A stretch of 63,633 bases of DNA, filler included, from Octopus bimaculoides (lineage: Eukaryota), in the NCBI RefSeq assembly GCF_001194135.2. It is 7 parts of 7 records of this genome, joined end to end, with 100 filler letters (N's around TTAATTAATTAA, not from the genome) between each part and the next. Parts side by side here need not be neighbours in the genome. Positions count along the whole stretch, not along the records: positions 26,249 to 35,071 come from NC_068982.1; positions 35,172 to 47,682 come from NC_068999.1; 5 more parts are not named here. One strand, written 5' to 3'. Position 1 is the stretch's first letter, and each line of letters opens with the position of its first letter. Shown one piece after another: positions 26,564 through 38,669 of this stretch. Position numbers and translations under genes: made by a program. The notes below the pieces were generated by a model that had not been told where the DNA came from, made no database searches, and saw only the letters and a list, made by a program, of their open reading frames with translations.

Positions 26564-27165
26564 AGCGTGTAAAATTTAGTCAATAGACAATATATTATTC
26601 ATATACATACAGTGTACATTGATGCGTTTAAATGTACACTGTATCTATATGAATAATATATAGTCTATTGACTAAATTTTATACGCTAGGCCACTGGTAG
26701 TAGAAATTTCTAATATTTCTCATTACCTTTGATATAAATTAATTATTGATAATTTTTTCGGGATAATTTTCGATTTGAAAAGCCGGCATTTTATAGACTG
26801 CCGACAAGGAGCTGCGCTTGCGCGGTAGATTTGAAAAATTAGAATGTATAAGCACGGGGCATATACTAAATTGGCCCGTGCATATATGTTTAATCTAGGT
26901 GTACCTGCTGAAGAAGACTTCACCTACCAAATTATTTTATTTGCTAGAATAAGTCTGAAACCATTGATCCAGGAGTTAGATGGTAAATGTTTTTATTTTT
27001 CATTCCCTTCGAAGTTTTATCCCAAAATAGTGGTTTGGAATTTAACTATTCTTTCTAGCGTGCAAGGAATCCTATGATGGATGTCTCTTATATGTTTAAA
27101 TGTACACTATATTCATATGAATAATATATAGTCTATTGACTAAATTTTACACGTTAGGCCACTAT
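26564..27165 (+). mobile_element. Non-coding PLE-derived / retrozyme-like element: 57-bp-arm hairpin plus 468-bp-period direct repeat
   Basis: IR 26564-26620 / 26631-26687; about 70-bp direct repeat starting at 26627 and 27095; HHR in between. Confidence 0.75.
26904..26973 (+). ncRNA. Type I hammerhead ribozyme motif
   Basis: CCTG/CAGG stem I; CTGAAGA 26908-14; helix II AGACTT/AAGTCT with extended hairpin; GAAAC 26957-61; ATC triplet 26967-69. Confidence 0.7.
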
Positions 27166-27176
27166 CCTTGATATTA

Positions 27177-27208
<32 letters not shown>

Positions 27209-27964
27209 NNNNNNNNNNNNNNNNNNNNNNNNNNNNNNNNNNNNNNNNNNNNNNNNNNNNNNNNNNNNNNNNNNNNNNNNNNNNNNNNNNNNNNNNNNNN
27301 NNNNNNNNNNNNNNNNNNNNNNNNNNNNNNNNNNNNNNNNNNNNNNNNNNNNNNNNNNNNNNNNNNNNNNNNNNNNNNNNNNNNNNNNNNNNNNNNNNNN
27401 NNNNNNNNNNNNNNNNNNNNNNNNNNNNNNNNNNNNNNNNNNNNNNNNNNNNNNNNNNNNNNNNNNNNNNNNNNNNNNNNNNNNNNNNNNNNNNNNNNNN
27501 NNNNNNNNNNNNNNNNNNNNNNNNNNNNNNNNNNNNNNNNNNNNNNNNNNNNNNNNNNNNNNNNNNNNNNNNNNNNNNNNNNNNNNNNNNNNNNNNNNNN
27601 NNNNNNNNNNNNNNNNNNNNNNNNNNNNNNNNNNNNNNNNNNNNNNNNNNNNNNNNNNNNNNNNNNNNNNNNNNNNNNNNNNNNNNNNNNNNNNNNNNNN
27701 NNNNNNNNNNNNNNNNNNNNNNNNNNNNNNNNNNNNNNNNNNNNNNNNNNNNNNNNNNNNNNNNNNNNNNNNNNNNNNNNNNNNNNNNNNNNNNNNNNNN
27801 NNNNNNNNNNNNNNNNNNNNNNNNNNNNNNNNNNNNNNNNNNNNNNNNNNNNNNNNNNNNNNNNNNNNNNNNNNNNNNNNNNNNNNNNNNNNNNNNNNNN
27901 NNNNNNNNNNNNNNNNNNNNNNNNNNNNNNNNNNNNNNNNNNNNNNNNNNNNNNNNNNNNNNNN

Positions 27965-28037
<73 letters not shown>

Positions 28038-28269
28038 GTGTATGAATGTTTAAATATGTATATGTATATATATACACATGGTATATATCTTCGTCTTAAA
28101 GAGTGCATGTGATTGCATTTGAATACAGTATAAGTGGAATCTAATACTTATTCACATATGACCAACGTAAATATCCCGAGGTTTATGAGTAGTGTGTATG
28201 GCTCCGTGTGTATATTACTGAGATGGCAAAAATGTCCTGGTGACTAAACTGGTTGGATCTGAGATGATT

Positions 28270-28560
28270 TAGAACCTGGAAAAAGGAAACCATGTTGCTC
28301 CTACGGAGAACATTCTTGATCAGTTACCTGGATTACTGCTTCCATTCATGATCGCCAGAAAGAGTCAAATTAACAACTGAACTCGGGTCAATCCAGCTCT
28401 AAATATACAGAAGAGATATCCTCAGTGCATAGATTACTGGAAGAGGCTAAAAGAACTATTGCTTTTGGACATCGTGGAGAGAACACACCGGCAGTTTTAC
28501 AGTATTAAAGATATGCGCAGTTCTGCTGTGATGTGCACGCCACGACAGCAGCCCTTCAAC
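28270..28560 (+). pseudogene. CR1-like LINE RT C-terminal remnant
   Basis: TWKKETMLLLRRTFLISYLDYCFHS*SPERVKLTTELGSIQ and IDYWKRLKELLL resemble CR1 LDYCS-LWSP..ELE.IQR..Y.ERLK.L. Confidence 0.55.
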
Positions 28561-28827
28561 GATTCTTGATACCGGGTTGTCATGGATGAGAGCGATATGG
28601 TCCTTATATTCATCCGCTTTGACAAGAGCATCAAGGCTGTCATGGGATCTCAATGAATGACCTGTTTCTTAAATATATCAAGCTTGGACGAATGTCCTAT
28701 TTCTTTGATATAGGTGTATATCGGTGTTATTTGGTATTTGTTATTTTTGTCCCTTCCATATCATCTCATCATAACTCTGTGTCAGTTGCGTTGCTCTCCC
28801 TACTATTTACCTAATTCAGTATGTATG

Positions 28828-28864
<37 letters not shown>

Positions 28865-29294
28865 ACACACACACACACAACCAAACGCATACCTATGTTT
28901 CTGTCGTTTTATTATGTATCGTAATACATTCATCAAATTAATATAAATAGTAAATAATATTCATTATTTAGATAAACACATTATACAAGGATATATTCAT
29001 GCATATGCTTGCAAATTTTGTTTAATATTCTCCATTCAACGCAATATATTCACAAATACAAATACGTTGATATGCTCACAGTCACAGGGAATGAGACACA
29101 GTACACAAATACAACGAAACACGATATATCTTTGCGTGTGAATATCACACATATAAATATATTATTCACATATTTAACCAGGCATAAATGAATTATTCTC
29201 ATGTGCATATGCTTGCACATACACACACACACACGCACACATACATATGCATATATAAACACACACACACATACACACACACGCACACACACAC

Positions 29295-29339
<45 letters not shown>

Positions 29340-29820
29340 TTAAATATAATCATTAAAAATATGTAATATTATGCAGAAATATATTTTTCCGCATGCCATA
29401 GAAGTGACACATGCAATTATTCATACATGAATATANNNNNNNNNNNNNNNNNNNNNNNNNNNNNNNNNNNNNNNNNNNNNNNNNNNNNNNNNNNNNNNNN
29501 NNNNNNNNNNNNNNNNNNNNNNNNNNNNNNNNNNNNNNNNNNNNNNNNNNNNNNNNNNNNNNNNNNNNNNNNNNNNNNNNNNNNNNNNNNNNNNNNNNNN
29601 NNNNNNNNNNNNNNNNNNNNNNNNNNNNNNNNNNNNNNNNNNNNNNNNNNNNNNNNNNNNNNNNNNNNNNNNNNNNNNNNNNNNNNNNNNNNNNNNNNNN
29701 NNNNNNNNNNNNNNNNNNNNNNNNNNNNNNNNNNNNNNNNNNNNNNNNNNNNNNNNNNNNNNNNNNNNNNNNNNNNNNNNNNNNNNNNNNNNNNNNNNNN
29801 NNNNNNNNNNNNNNNNNNNN

Positions 29821-29871
<51 letters not shown>

Positions 29872-30096
29872 TAGATAGATAGATACATACATACAAATAC
29901 TTACGAACATATGTATGCATATATATGTATATAAATGGATATCTGTGTATATAACATATATGTATATATACGTAAGTATATATGTGCGTAAGTGTTATTG
30001 TAGTAGAAGCCTGCATGACTTAACTAAAGCCTGTTTATCTCTATACATACGTTTAGTAATTACTCACGACTCTGTATGCATGTATACATACATACA

Positions 30097-30134
<38 letters not shown>

Positions 30135-30789
30135 TACATACATATACTTATATATGTGTGTGTGTGTGTGTGTGTGTATGTACATATGTGTTTGACGTAC
30201 ATGAATACATTTACAACTTTTTAAATGTAGAAAACATTATCTAATCAAGTTTTCGTCACACACTTATATAAACACATTATATACGTGTACGTAACCAGGC
30301 GTGAATTAATTACGCTACAAAAAATTACTCTTAAAACAGTGATATATATATATATTTCCCTCCAATAGACTCATACGTACATGCATATAAACGTATGCAA
30401 CTATATAAAACGTGGGAATTCGTGTGCTGTCATGCGATATGAATTCATAAGAAAACTTCCGTATCGATGAATATCGCTTTCATTTCATACACGTATGCAC
30501 AAACAGAAACGTAACCTTCAAATTGTCAGACGTTCCTGATAGTGAAGCTGATTGTATTTAAAGGGGTGTAGGGAAGAAGGAGAGGGAGGAAAAAGGAAGA
30601 GTAGGCGAGAAAGAGCAAGAGACGAAAAGTGGGTGGACCCATGATATTAGAGGGGGTTGTTAATATCTATCACCATTACCGTATGGTTCGGTTAGTGTAC
30701 GATGTTAAAGCGTACGGTAATAGGGGTCGCTTTTCGTATAGTACAAACTGTAGCGTGTTTCCGTTGATCAAGATACGCTGCGAGACATA

Positions 30790-30908
30790 GGCGCAAGAGT
30801 GGCTGCGCAGTAACAAGTTTCTTACCCAACCACATAGTTCCGGGTTCAGTCCTTCTGTGTGGCACCTTGGGAAGTCTCTTGCACTATAGCTTCGGGCCAA
30901 CCAAAACC
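30790..30908 (+). mobile_element. SINE family A, 5' half
   Basis: gagtggctgcgcagtaacaag ... gggttcagtccttctgtgtggcaccttggg. Confidence 0.8.
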
Positions 30909-30918
30909 TATCTGTCTA

Positions 30919-30949
<31 letters not shown>

Positions 30950-31157
30950 CTCTGTCTGTGTACGTGTGTTCGTTTGCGCGCGCGTGTTTGTGCGTGTGCC
31001 TGTGTGTATGGGTGTGTGTGTTTCTATGTGTGTGTGTGTGCATGAGTGTGTGTGCGTGTAAGCGTGTGTGCTTGTGCACGTGCGTTTGGGCGTGTGCATG
31101 TGTGCGTGTGCGTGTGTGAGTGCGCTCGCGTGTGTGAGTGTGTGTGTGTGTATGTGT

Positions 31158-31194
<37 letters not shown>

Positions 31195-31224
31195 TGCGTG
31201 TGTGTGTGTATTCGGTCGTGTTCG

Positions 31225-31345
31225 AAATCCACCTACAAAGCCACTTACAAATCTTTGGTTGGCCCGAAGCTATAGTGCAGGAGACTTCGCAAGGTGCCAC
31301 GAAGAAGGACTGAACCTGGAACTACGTGATTGGGTAATAAATCTA
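31225..31345 (-). mobile_element. SINE family A, 5' half, inverted relative to 30790-30908
   Basis: Reverse complement ggttcagtccttcttcgtggcaccttgcgaagtctcctgcactatagcttcgggccaacc. Confidence 0.8.
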
Positions 31346-32189
31346 GCGAGACTTCTTACTTATGAGGTCCAGTCAACCCTCGCTTCCTTGTCAGTTGGCT
31401 TTCTCTCACATCATATCATCGTGGTGGCCTAACCTGGAGAATATTTTCTCTATAAATTCACGCCTTCGATACTAAACCGACAGCCATCAAACTGCACATG
31501 CTTTCTCAATGGCTGCAAATAGTTTACGCGTTTACGTGTGATACACATTACAATAAGAGAAGATTCTTCTGATAACAAGATTTCACTAAAGAGCTGACTT
31601 TATGGTCGTGTTTGTTCCAGTTTATTTATGATAAGTTTTGACACGAGACATTACCACCTGTGAGGTGGGGAATTACATTATAACAATCAACAGATATGTG
31701 CACTTGACCTCAGATTTAAGTGCATTTTCTGGTAACACAGATCTTCGCCAAATGTACTTATCTACACACATAAGCATATACATATCTATCTATCTATCTA
31801 NNNNNNNNNNTATACACGCACACACACAAAATCTCACATATATATGCGTATATAACTTTTATCTTTTACTTGTTTCAGTCAATAGAGTGCGGCCATGGTG
31901 ATGCACAAACATTGAAAGTGCTTATTAATTTTAGGTTTCCTACTTATTTTATAGTTCTTATGCCGAACTATGGCTCCTCACACAAACATACAAACTCATA
32001 TTCGCTTATGTGTTTAGAAAAGAAACAAATTCAGCCCTCGTTGCATTAAGTATATCTACATTTATTTGAAAATAATACTCTAACAAAATAATAATTCTTT
32101 TGTCTTTGGTCAGTAAATGTTATTTCCTCTTTTCTTCTATCTATATATCAAACGAAATAACTATTACTCCCTAGAGATTTTGCTTGACC

Positions 32190-32580
32190 GTCTGGTAAGT
32201 AGCTTGCCTACCAGCTACATAGTTCCGAGTTCATTCCCACTTACGTGGCACCTTGGGCAAGTGCCTTCTACTGTAGCCTTGGGCCGACCAAAGCCTTCTG
32301 AGTGAATTTGGTAGACGGAAACTGAAAGAAGCCCGTCGTATATATGTATATATATATATATGTGTATGTGTGTGCTTATGTTTGTGTGTCAGTGTTTGTC
32401 CCCCCCAACATCGCTTGACAACCGATGGTGGTGTGTTTATGTCCACGTAATTTTCTTTTGCCGTTCGGCAAAGGAAACCGATAGAATAAGTACTAGGCTT
32501 TCAAAGAATAAGACCTAAAGGTGGTGCTCCAGCATGGCCACAGTCAAATGACTGAAACAAGTAAAAGAGTAAAAGAGAGT
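32190..32580 (+). mobile_element. SINE family A
   Basis: Near-full-length copy. Confidence 0.88.
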
Positions 32581-32659
32581 AGACATCAATAACTTGAAAC
32601 TGACCTGTTTTCCATTACATTTCAGACAGATTCAGCGCTGCGTTGCTGAAGCAGAAATA

Positions 32660-32830
32660 TCGTTACAGCAGATATTTTACTCCATACAACAGATTTGCTT
32701 GTCAGTTGCTTGACCTCAACTACTTAAGCATGTTCCTTAGTAGCTGACAATATGTGCATCTGTGATCATGAGCAGGAGTAGTGGGAGAATATAGCCGTGT
32801 TTTGAGAGGAATTCTTTGGAATTTGAATAA
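32660..32830 (+). repeat. Dispersed repeat family D fragment
   Basis: Homologous to the reverse complement of about 57060-57235 (acagatttgcttgtcagttg ... gagaggaattctttgg). Confidence 0.75.
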
Positions 32831-33294
32831 ATATTTTCACTGAATCAAAGCTTGACGTAAATATTAGCCATTTTTCATACTTTCTAGTGCTATACAAATA
32901 GGAAATAACAGGTACTACCCAAGGAAATGATTCGTGTTACACAGTGTACTCAATGTTTCACTCTATTTTTACTGGCGAGGGATATAAGTGGTATGATATG
33001 GTGAATCATGGCATTCATTTTGCCTGTTGAAAGGTAGATTCTAAATCTGATGAGATGGACTTAACTTTTGTTGATTTTCAGTTGTGAAGGCTCATATCGT
33101 TCGGACTGCTGTTGTATAAAGGAGATAACCAAGTGCAAATCCATCACCGCCAAGGACGATAGTAAAGTAGGGATTACTGAAAAGTTTTAAAACTAATTCC
33201 AATGGATTGTCGATTTATTGCAGATGACAATTTTCCGGAAAGACGTCTTGAGAAAAGATTAAACGAGATAGTAACAGATTAAGACACACTGTAA

Positions 33295-33418
33295 GGTCAA
33301 TCCTGGTCGGCCCGAGATTATAGTTGAAAAGAGTTTCCCAAAGTGCCACGAGATAGGACTGAACCAAGAAACCATGTATTTGGGAAGCAAGTTTCTTACC
33401 ACACAGCCACGCCTGCCA
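33295..33418 (-). mobile_element. SINE family A, 5' part
   Basis: Reverse complement of family A head. Confidence 0.75.
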
Positions 33419-33454
33419 TGCACCATTTTCCCTCTGTTTTGACAACTTATTTTA

Positions 33455-33632
33455 TTTTTTATTCGTTTCAGTCGTTTGACAGTGGCCATGTTGGAGCACC
33501 GCTGTTAGTCGAACAAATCGACCCCAGTACTTATTATATCAGACTCTTATGCCAAACTGGTAAGTTACGGTCTTGTAAACACACCAACGTAGGTTGTTAA
33601 GCGATGATGCGGGAGAAATATGTATGTATATA

Positions 33633-33705
<73 letters not shown>

Positions 33706-33868
33706 GACGAGCTTCTTTCAGTTTCCCATTACCAAATCCACTCACAAGGCTTTGGTCAGCCCGAGGCTATAATAGAAGACACTTGCCCAATGTGTCACGC
33801 AATGGAACTGAACCCAGAACCATGTGGTTGGGAAGCAATCTTCTTACCGCACAGCCACTCCTACGCCT
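33455..33868 (-). mobile_element. SINE family A with expanded internal (TA)n
   Basis: Both halves present either side of (TA)n. Confidence 0.85.
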
Positions 33869-34819
33869 TTTATTCGCTATTTTGCAGGAAACCATACTTA
33901 GCAACGCATCATTCTCTGGAGATACATCAAGGATTTTTATGTTTATTTATGGTTCACGAATATTTTCGAAACACGGAATGCTCGTGTACAGTTTTCGATA
34001 GTTATACATTGGAAGTTGTGTGAAAGTTTTATGGTAAAATAATTGTCGTAACACTCTGACCGGTAATTGCCTCTCTGACCGGCAACGACCTTACAATCTG
34101 TGAATCTATAAATTTTGATGAAATGAAAGGCAATGACATCACCAACGAGTGAAAAATACGTAACCACACGAGAGATAAGTACTGGACAAAATACCAAAAC
34201 GTACACATTAAGTACAGGGCATCACCAATGAGTGAAAAGGAGTATATATGAGCATTCAGCTGCAGCCAAACGACGTGCGCAAATGATTTGTTTATAGTGA
34301 TGAAATGTTTGTGCCGCATATTAACTTACTCTCTGTCCATCAAATCAACGTTGTCTGAACGAGTGCACTGTGTATCACGTGTTAGGTGTCGAAGTGATTG
34401 TAATACTCCAATCACAACGTCATGCGCCCTCTCTCTCTCTCTTTCTCTCTCACACACACANNNNNNNNNNACACACACACACACACACACATAAATGTAT
34501 GTGTATTTTTTCAATGTGTAAAAATAACACAGGGAAAATAAATTAATAGTTCCCAGGGTACCGAAAACTGACATAAGTACCAAGGATGTAACAACCTACT
34601 TATAAAGGTTTATAAAGATTCCAGGGTAACTGTAACGAAGAACTGTATTTCATCCTGTTCTCAGAGAATGCTCTTGTAAACATGTTTAAATAACGCGTTT
34701 ATCGTTGCAAACATTCGCAAAAACATACTTTCATTTCCTATAAATAATTTCTACCCATCTATAAAATTCAACCTTTAACTCTCTTCTTACATTTCTTTTC
34801 CACTATTCTTTTTTCTTTT

Positions 34820-35071
34820 TTTTTTTACTTGTTTCAGTCATTTGACTGTGGCCATGCTGGAGCACCGCCTTTAGTCGAGCAAATCGACCCCAGGACTTAT
34901 TCTTTGGATGCCTAATACTTATTCTATCGGTCTCTTTTGCCGAACCGCTAAGTTACGGGGACGTAAACACACCACCATCGGTTGTCAAGCGATGTTGGGG
35001 GGACAAACACAGACACACAAACATATACACACACATACATATATATATATATGTATATATACATATATACG
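34820..35071 (-). mobile_element. SINE family A, 3' half (cut by scaffold end)
   Basis: ttacttgtttcagtcatttgactgtggccatgctggagcaccgcc. Confidence 0.85.
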
Positions 35072-35171
35072 NNNNNNNNNNNNNNNNNNNNNNNNNNNNN
35101 NNNNNNNNNNNNNNNTTAATTAATTAANNNNNNNNNNNNNNNNNNNNNNNNNNNNNNNNNNNNNNNNNNNN
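35072..35171. other. Artificial scaffold linker
   Basis: 44N-TTAATTAATTAA-44N. Confidence 0.95.
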
Positions 35172-35174
35172 AGC

Positions 35175-35209
<35 letters not shown>

Positions 35210-35211
<2 letters not shown>

Positions 35212-35643
35212 TAGTTTTATTTTTATAACGTGCTTTCACTTCACTACCGAGCGCAGCTCTGTGCGCCTTGGGTATGTGCTTTAGTTTGCTGTGATGCTCT
35301 TATGGTTACTGTATTGAAAGTGGTTTGCGTAGGATGTGTGCAGTGCCCAGTAGTGCAATTTTCTGTATGTTATATATATTTGTAAGTCCTGGTGTTTTTG
35401 TTATGTATTTGTTTGAATATTTTTTTTATTATACCTAAGGCACCTACTATGATAGGAATTGTTTCTGTTTTTAGATTCCACATTCGAGTTACCTCTATTT
35501 CCAGGTCTTTGTATTTTGAAAGTTTCTCCATTTCTTTTAGGGAAACGTTGTCATCTGCTGGTATTGATACAGTTACTTGCAGTGTTCCTTTTCATTACAC
35601 GTTTTTGGTAATTTCTGGTGGGATATCATCATCATCATCATCG

Positions 35644-35710
<67 letters not shown>

Positions 35711-36085
35711 CAGAATCTAAGAAAGCCAGAGCGTGGTACTGCATCAGGACATTTTTTATTATTATCATTAGCTGGCCCCGTGCCGACAAAAATGCCGGCT
35801 AATTGTAGTATTTTATATACACCGTATTTTAACGTGTATGAGGAACCCTCATGTATAAGGAACCCCTAATTTTGGAAGCTTGACATTTGGAAAAAGGTTT
35901 TGGTAATTTCTGGTGGGAAGGCTTTGATCCTGTGATGCAATTAAAAATCCTTCAGTCTCTGCTTTGAGTCCTGAGCTTTTCAGCCATTATTGGGATTTTT
36001 TTTTTCGTTTACCCCAGTATTTGTCACGAAGAGGCTTTTCCTGCCATCGTTTTATCATGATCCGTTGTTGTTTCAGTTTTAGTTT
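35210..36085 (-). mobile_element. R4/Dong-type fragment (subfamily C), split by an insert at 35624-35897
   Basis: WLKSSGLKAETEGFLIASQDQSLPTRNYQK continues across the insert into RVMKRNTASNC..PADDNVSLKEMEKLSKYKDLEIEVTRMW; (AAT)n tail 35177-35208. Confidence 0.85.
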
Positions 36086-36092
36086 GGATTTC

Positions 36093-36690
36093 AGTTGTTC
36101 TGGAGGCAGAATAGTGACAGAGTCATTTTGCAAGCTCGTGTCATCCCACATTTATCTCCACCACCGCTCGGATCAGCCACATCATATAATTCGGTCAAAT
36201 CTGAACTCTCAATTTTTGAGGATAAAACGGATTTGTACTGACATAGGGGATTACTGAAAACATGCAAATGCTTTACGATTAAAGGAAATAGCAAATGAAA
36301 TAGCTAAGATTAGTACAGAAAGTCAAACCTCCACGCATAATTTTAGCAAACGCAATGCAATATGTGACAATTCCTTTAGTGATTAACTGGCACCGAAATT
36401 TCGCTGGTATTTCAAGTGTTGCATGAAAGTTACCAGCATGTGGCGAAAATATATCCGCGTTTCAAACATATATTTCTTCAGACACCTATTGTGGTCTTTA
36501 GGCAGAATAAAAATATAAGAGATCTATTTACTGCTATTTCTGACTCCAAGAAATCTAATATTGGAGTATCTGCACGCTGTACCTTGAAAAACAGTCGCAA
36601 GAGAAGTAAGCCTTTCAGTGTGTAACAATAACAGAAATGTTGTGATTTGTACAGAAGGTGAGACATGTACCGATCGCCATACTTTACATT
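36093..36690 (+). pseudogene. PLE RT thumb/linker fragment (same family as 43565-45220)
   Basis: GGRIVTESFCKLVSSHIYLHHRSDQPHHIIRSNLNSQFLRIKRICTD; PIVVFRQNKNIRDL. Confidence 0.85.
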
Positions 36691-36759
36691 TGAATTTCTA
36701 TAATTTTGAATTTTTATCGCTTTTTATTTTGAACTCGATAAAGACAGGCTTGCTGCCAA

Positions 36760-38598
36760 AATATCGTTCAAGCTATAAAATATCGCTTCTTCCATCCTAA
36801 ACAAGTCTGACCTTCTTACTTCCAATAATCGTAGTTCTGTAACATTTTTTGCATACCATTTTATGTTGTGTTCTTCTGCTCTAATGCTGTGTTAGCATCC
36901 AGTCAGTCCTCTTCTCCCTCTTTTTCTTAGTACATACAGTCTGTCTGTGTCACTTTCTGGGTGGTGTATTCCATATCTAGTCAGCAACTTCCTTGTCTTT
37001 CTGTCTAAGCTATTTAGTTCGTCTAGACTCCATGTCATTATTCCTGCTCCATATTTAAGGATTGAAACCGCCCAGGTGTTGACAGCTTCAATCTTATTCA
37101 GTCCGTTTACTTTCGACTTAAGGATCAGTCTCAGCCTGAGCAAGTACTCCACTTTAAATTTTTCTGTCATTTCTTTCTCCATCAAGTAATCCATTTCCAA
37201 TATCCCCAAGTACTTATAACCCGTCTTTTCTACCTGCTTCATAACCTCCACCGACAGTGTCGCTAGCCCGTCTATACATTTGATTTTGCCTCTCTTCAAG
37301 ACAAACACACCACACTTTCTCAGCCCGAACTCCATTCTGATATCAGTATTGAAAGTATACACTGTAGCAACGAGGAAACTGACTTGGGATTCATCTTTAC
37401 CATAAAGTTTGAAGTCATCCTTGAATAAAAAGTAGTTGAGTTTTTGTTGGCGACTTTTGAATACACACCCAGCCTTTGCTTTCCCATGAATCGGTGTTAG
37501 TAGTATAATGCACAGTACAAAGATCAGTGGGGACAGGCAGTACTCTTGGAGGATGCCTCTCCTGATTTCTATTGTCACTAAACTTCTTCTAAATGCTGTC
37601 ACTTTCGTCCTCCTCTTCGCCATACTTTTTCCAAGCAATCGTTCAACATTCGATGCAATACCAAATAGGTTCATACATTACATAATCCCAGAATGTGGGA
37701 TCATATCGTACGCATTACGACAATCGATCTATGACACGGTTAAGTTAGTTTCCTTCCTCTTAAGTACATTTTTTTCTAGTAGGAGTTGATCCTTCGTATC
37801 TGCTCATGTGGCAGGACTTCATTTCTTTTTACCAGATACCCGTACATTGACTCTGCGAGCATTCCAGTCAATAATTTCCACATAAGTGGCAAGCAGGATA
37901 TCGGCCTGTAATTGTCTACCGTATTGTCTTTATCGATGTTTTTCAGACACAGTACTGTCCTACCCATTGTCAAACACTCTGGTGTTACTTAATATGCGTT
38001 TAACAAGGTATTGAGTTGCGCAGCTATTCGTGCATGACATTCACCAAATCTTTTGGTCAGTAGCCTTGAACTCCATCTGGTCTCAGGGCCTTCCAGGTGC
38101 CCATTTATTTGTTGATTTCCTTCACTTCTCTAACTGAAACGACTAGTTCTGCCTGTTTTGCATAGACTACTGTTTGTTTCAGTTCTTGCAACCATTCAGC
38201 ATACTTCTTGTGCTCCTTGTCTTTGCTCTAGATGTCACTCCAAAACCTATGACTTTCAACGTTATCTGGTATCAACTTTTCATCTGCGTACTCACCGTTT
38301 ATTTCTTTGTAGAATATCTTCCGATTTACTCTAAATAACCTATTCTGGTGGTAACCCTTCATTCTTTGGTCGTATCTTACTATCTTTGCTTTCTTTGCAA
38401 TGAGGCGCTGTTTCTGTTCCTTCATTACCACTTTTAGACCTTTTCTTTCAATATTATACTTCCTTTTCAGTGCCCTGTATTTTTTTTTTTTTTTTTTTGC
38501 TTTTAAGCCCCCTTTTTTTCTTTTCGGTTTAACACAGAAATGTCATTCGAGAGCTTATCTAACACCGCTTGTATTCTTTATCACTCCTATTTTTACTG

Positions 38599-38600
<2 letters not shown>
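36760..38600 (-). mobile_element. R4/Dong-type RT fragment (subfamily E), endonuclease absent
   Basis: KQRLIAKKAKIVRYDQR; [17 protein letters not shown]; IRRGILQEYCLSP; YFLFKDDFKLY; YKYLGI; NKIEAVNTWAV. Confidence 0.88.

Positions 38601-38669
<69 letters not shown>

Noticed and set aside
30665-30780. Small CpG-rich hairpins (attaccgta/tacggtaat; agcgt/acgct) as a possible ncRNA or pre-miRNA
   Set aside because: Stems are short and interrupted; no recognisable family or second copy.
33082-33166. Possible host exon (ttttcag acceptor, CEGSYRSDCCCIKEITKCKSITAKDDSK, gtaggg donor)
   Set aside because: No recognisable protein family, no partner exons, weak donor; RNA-seq would be needed.
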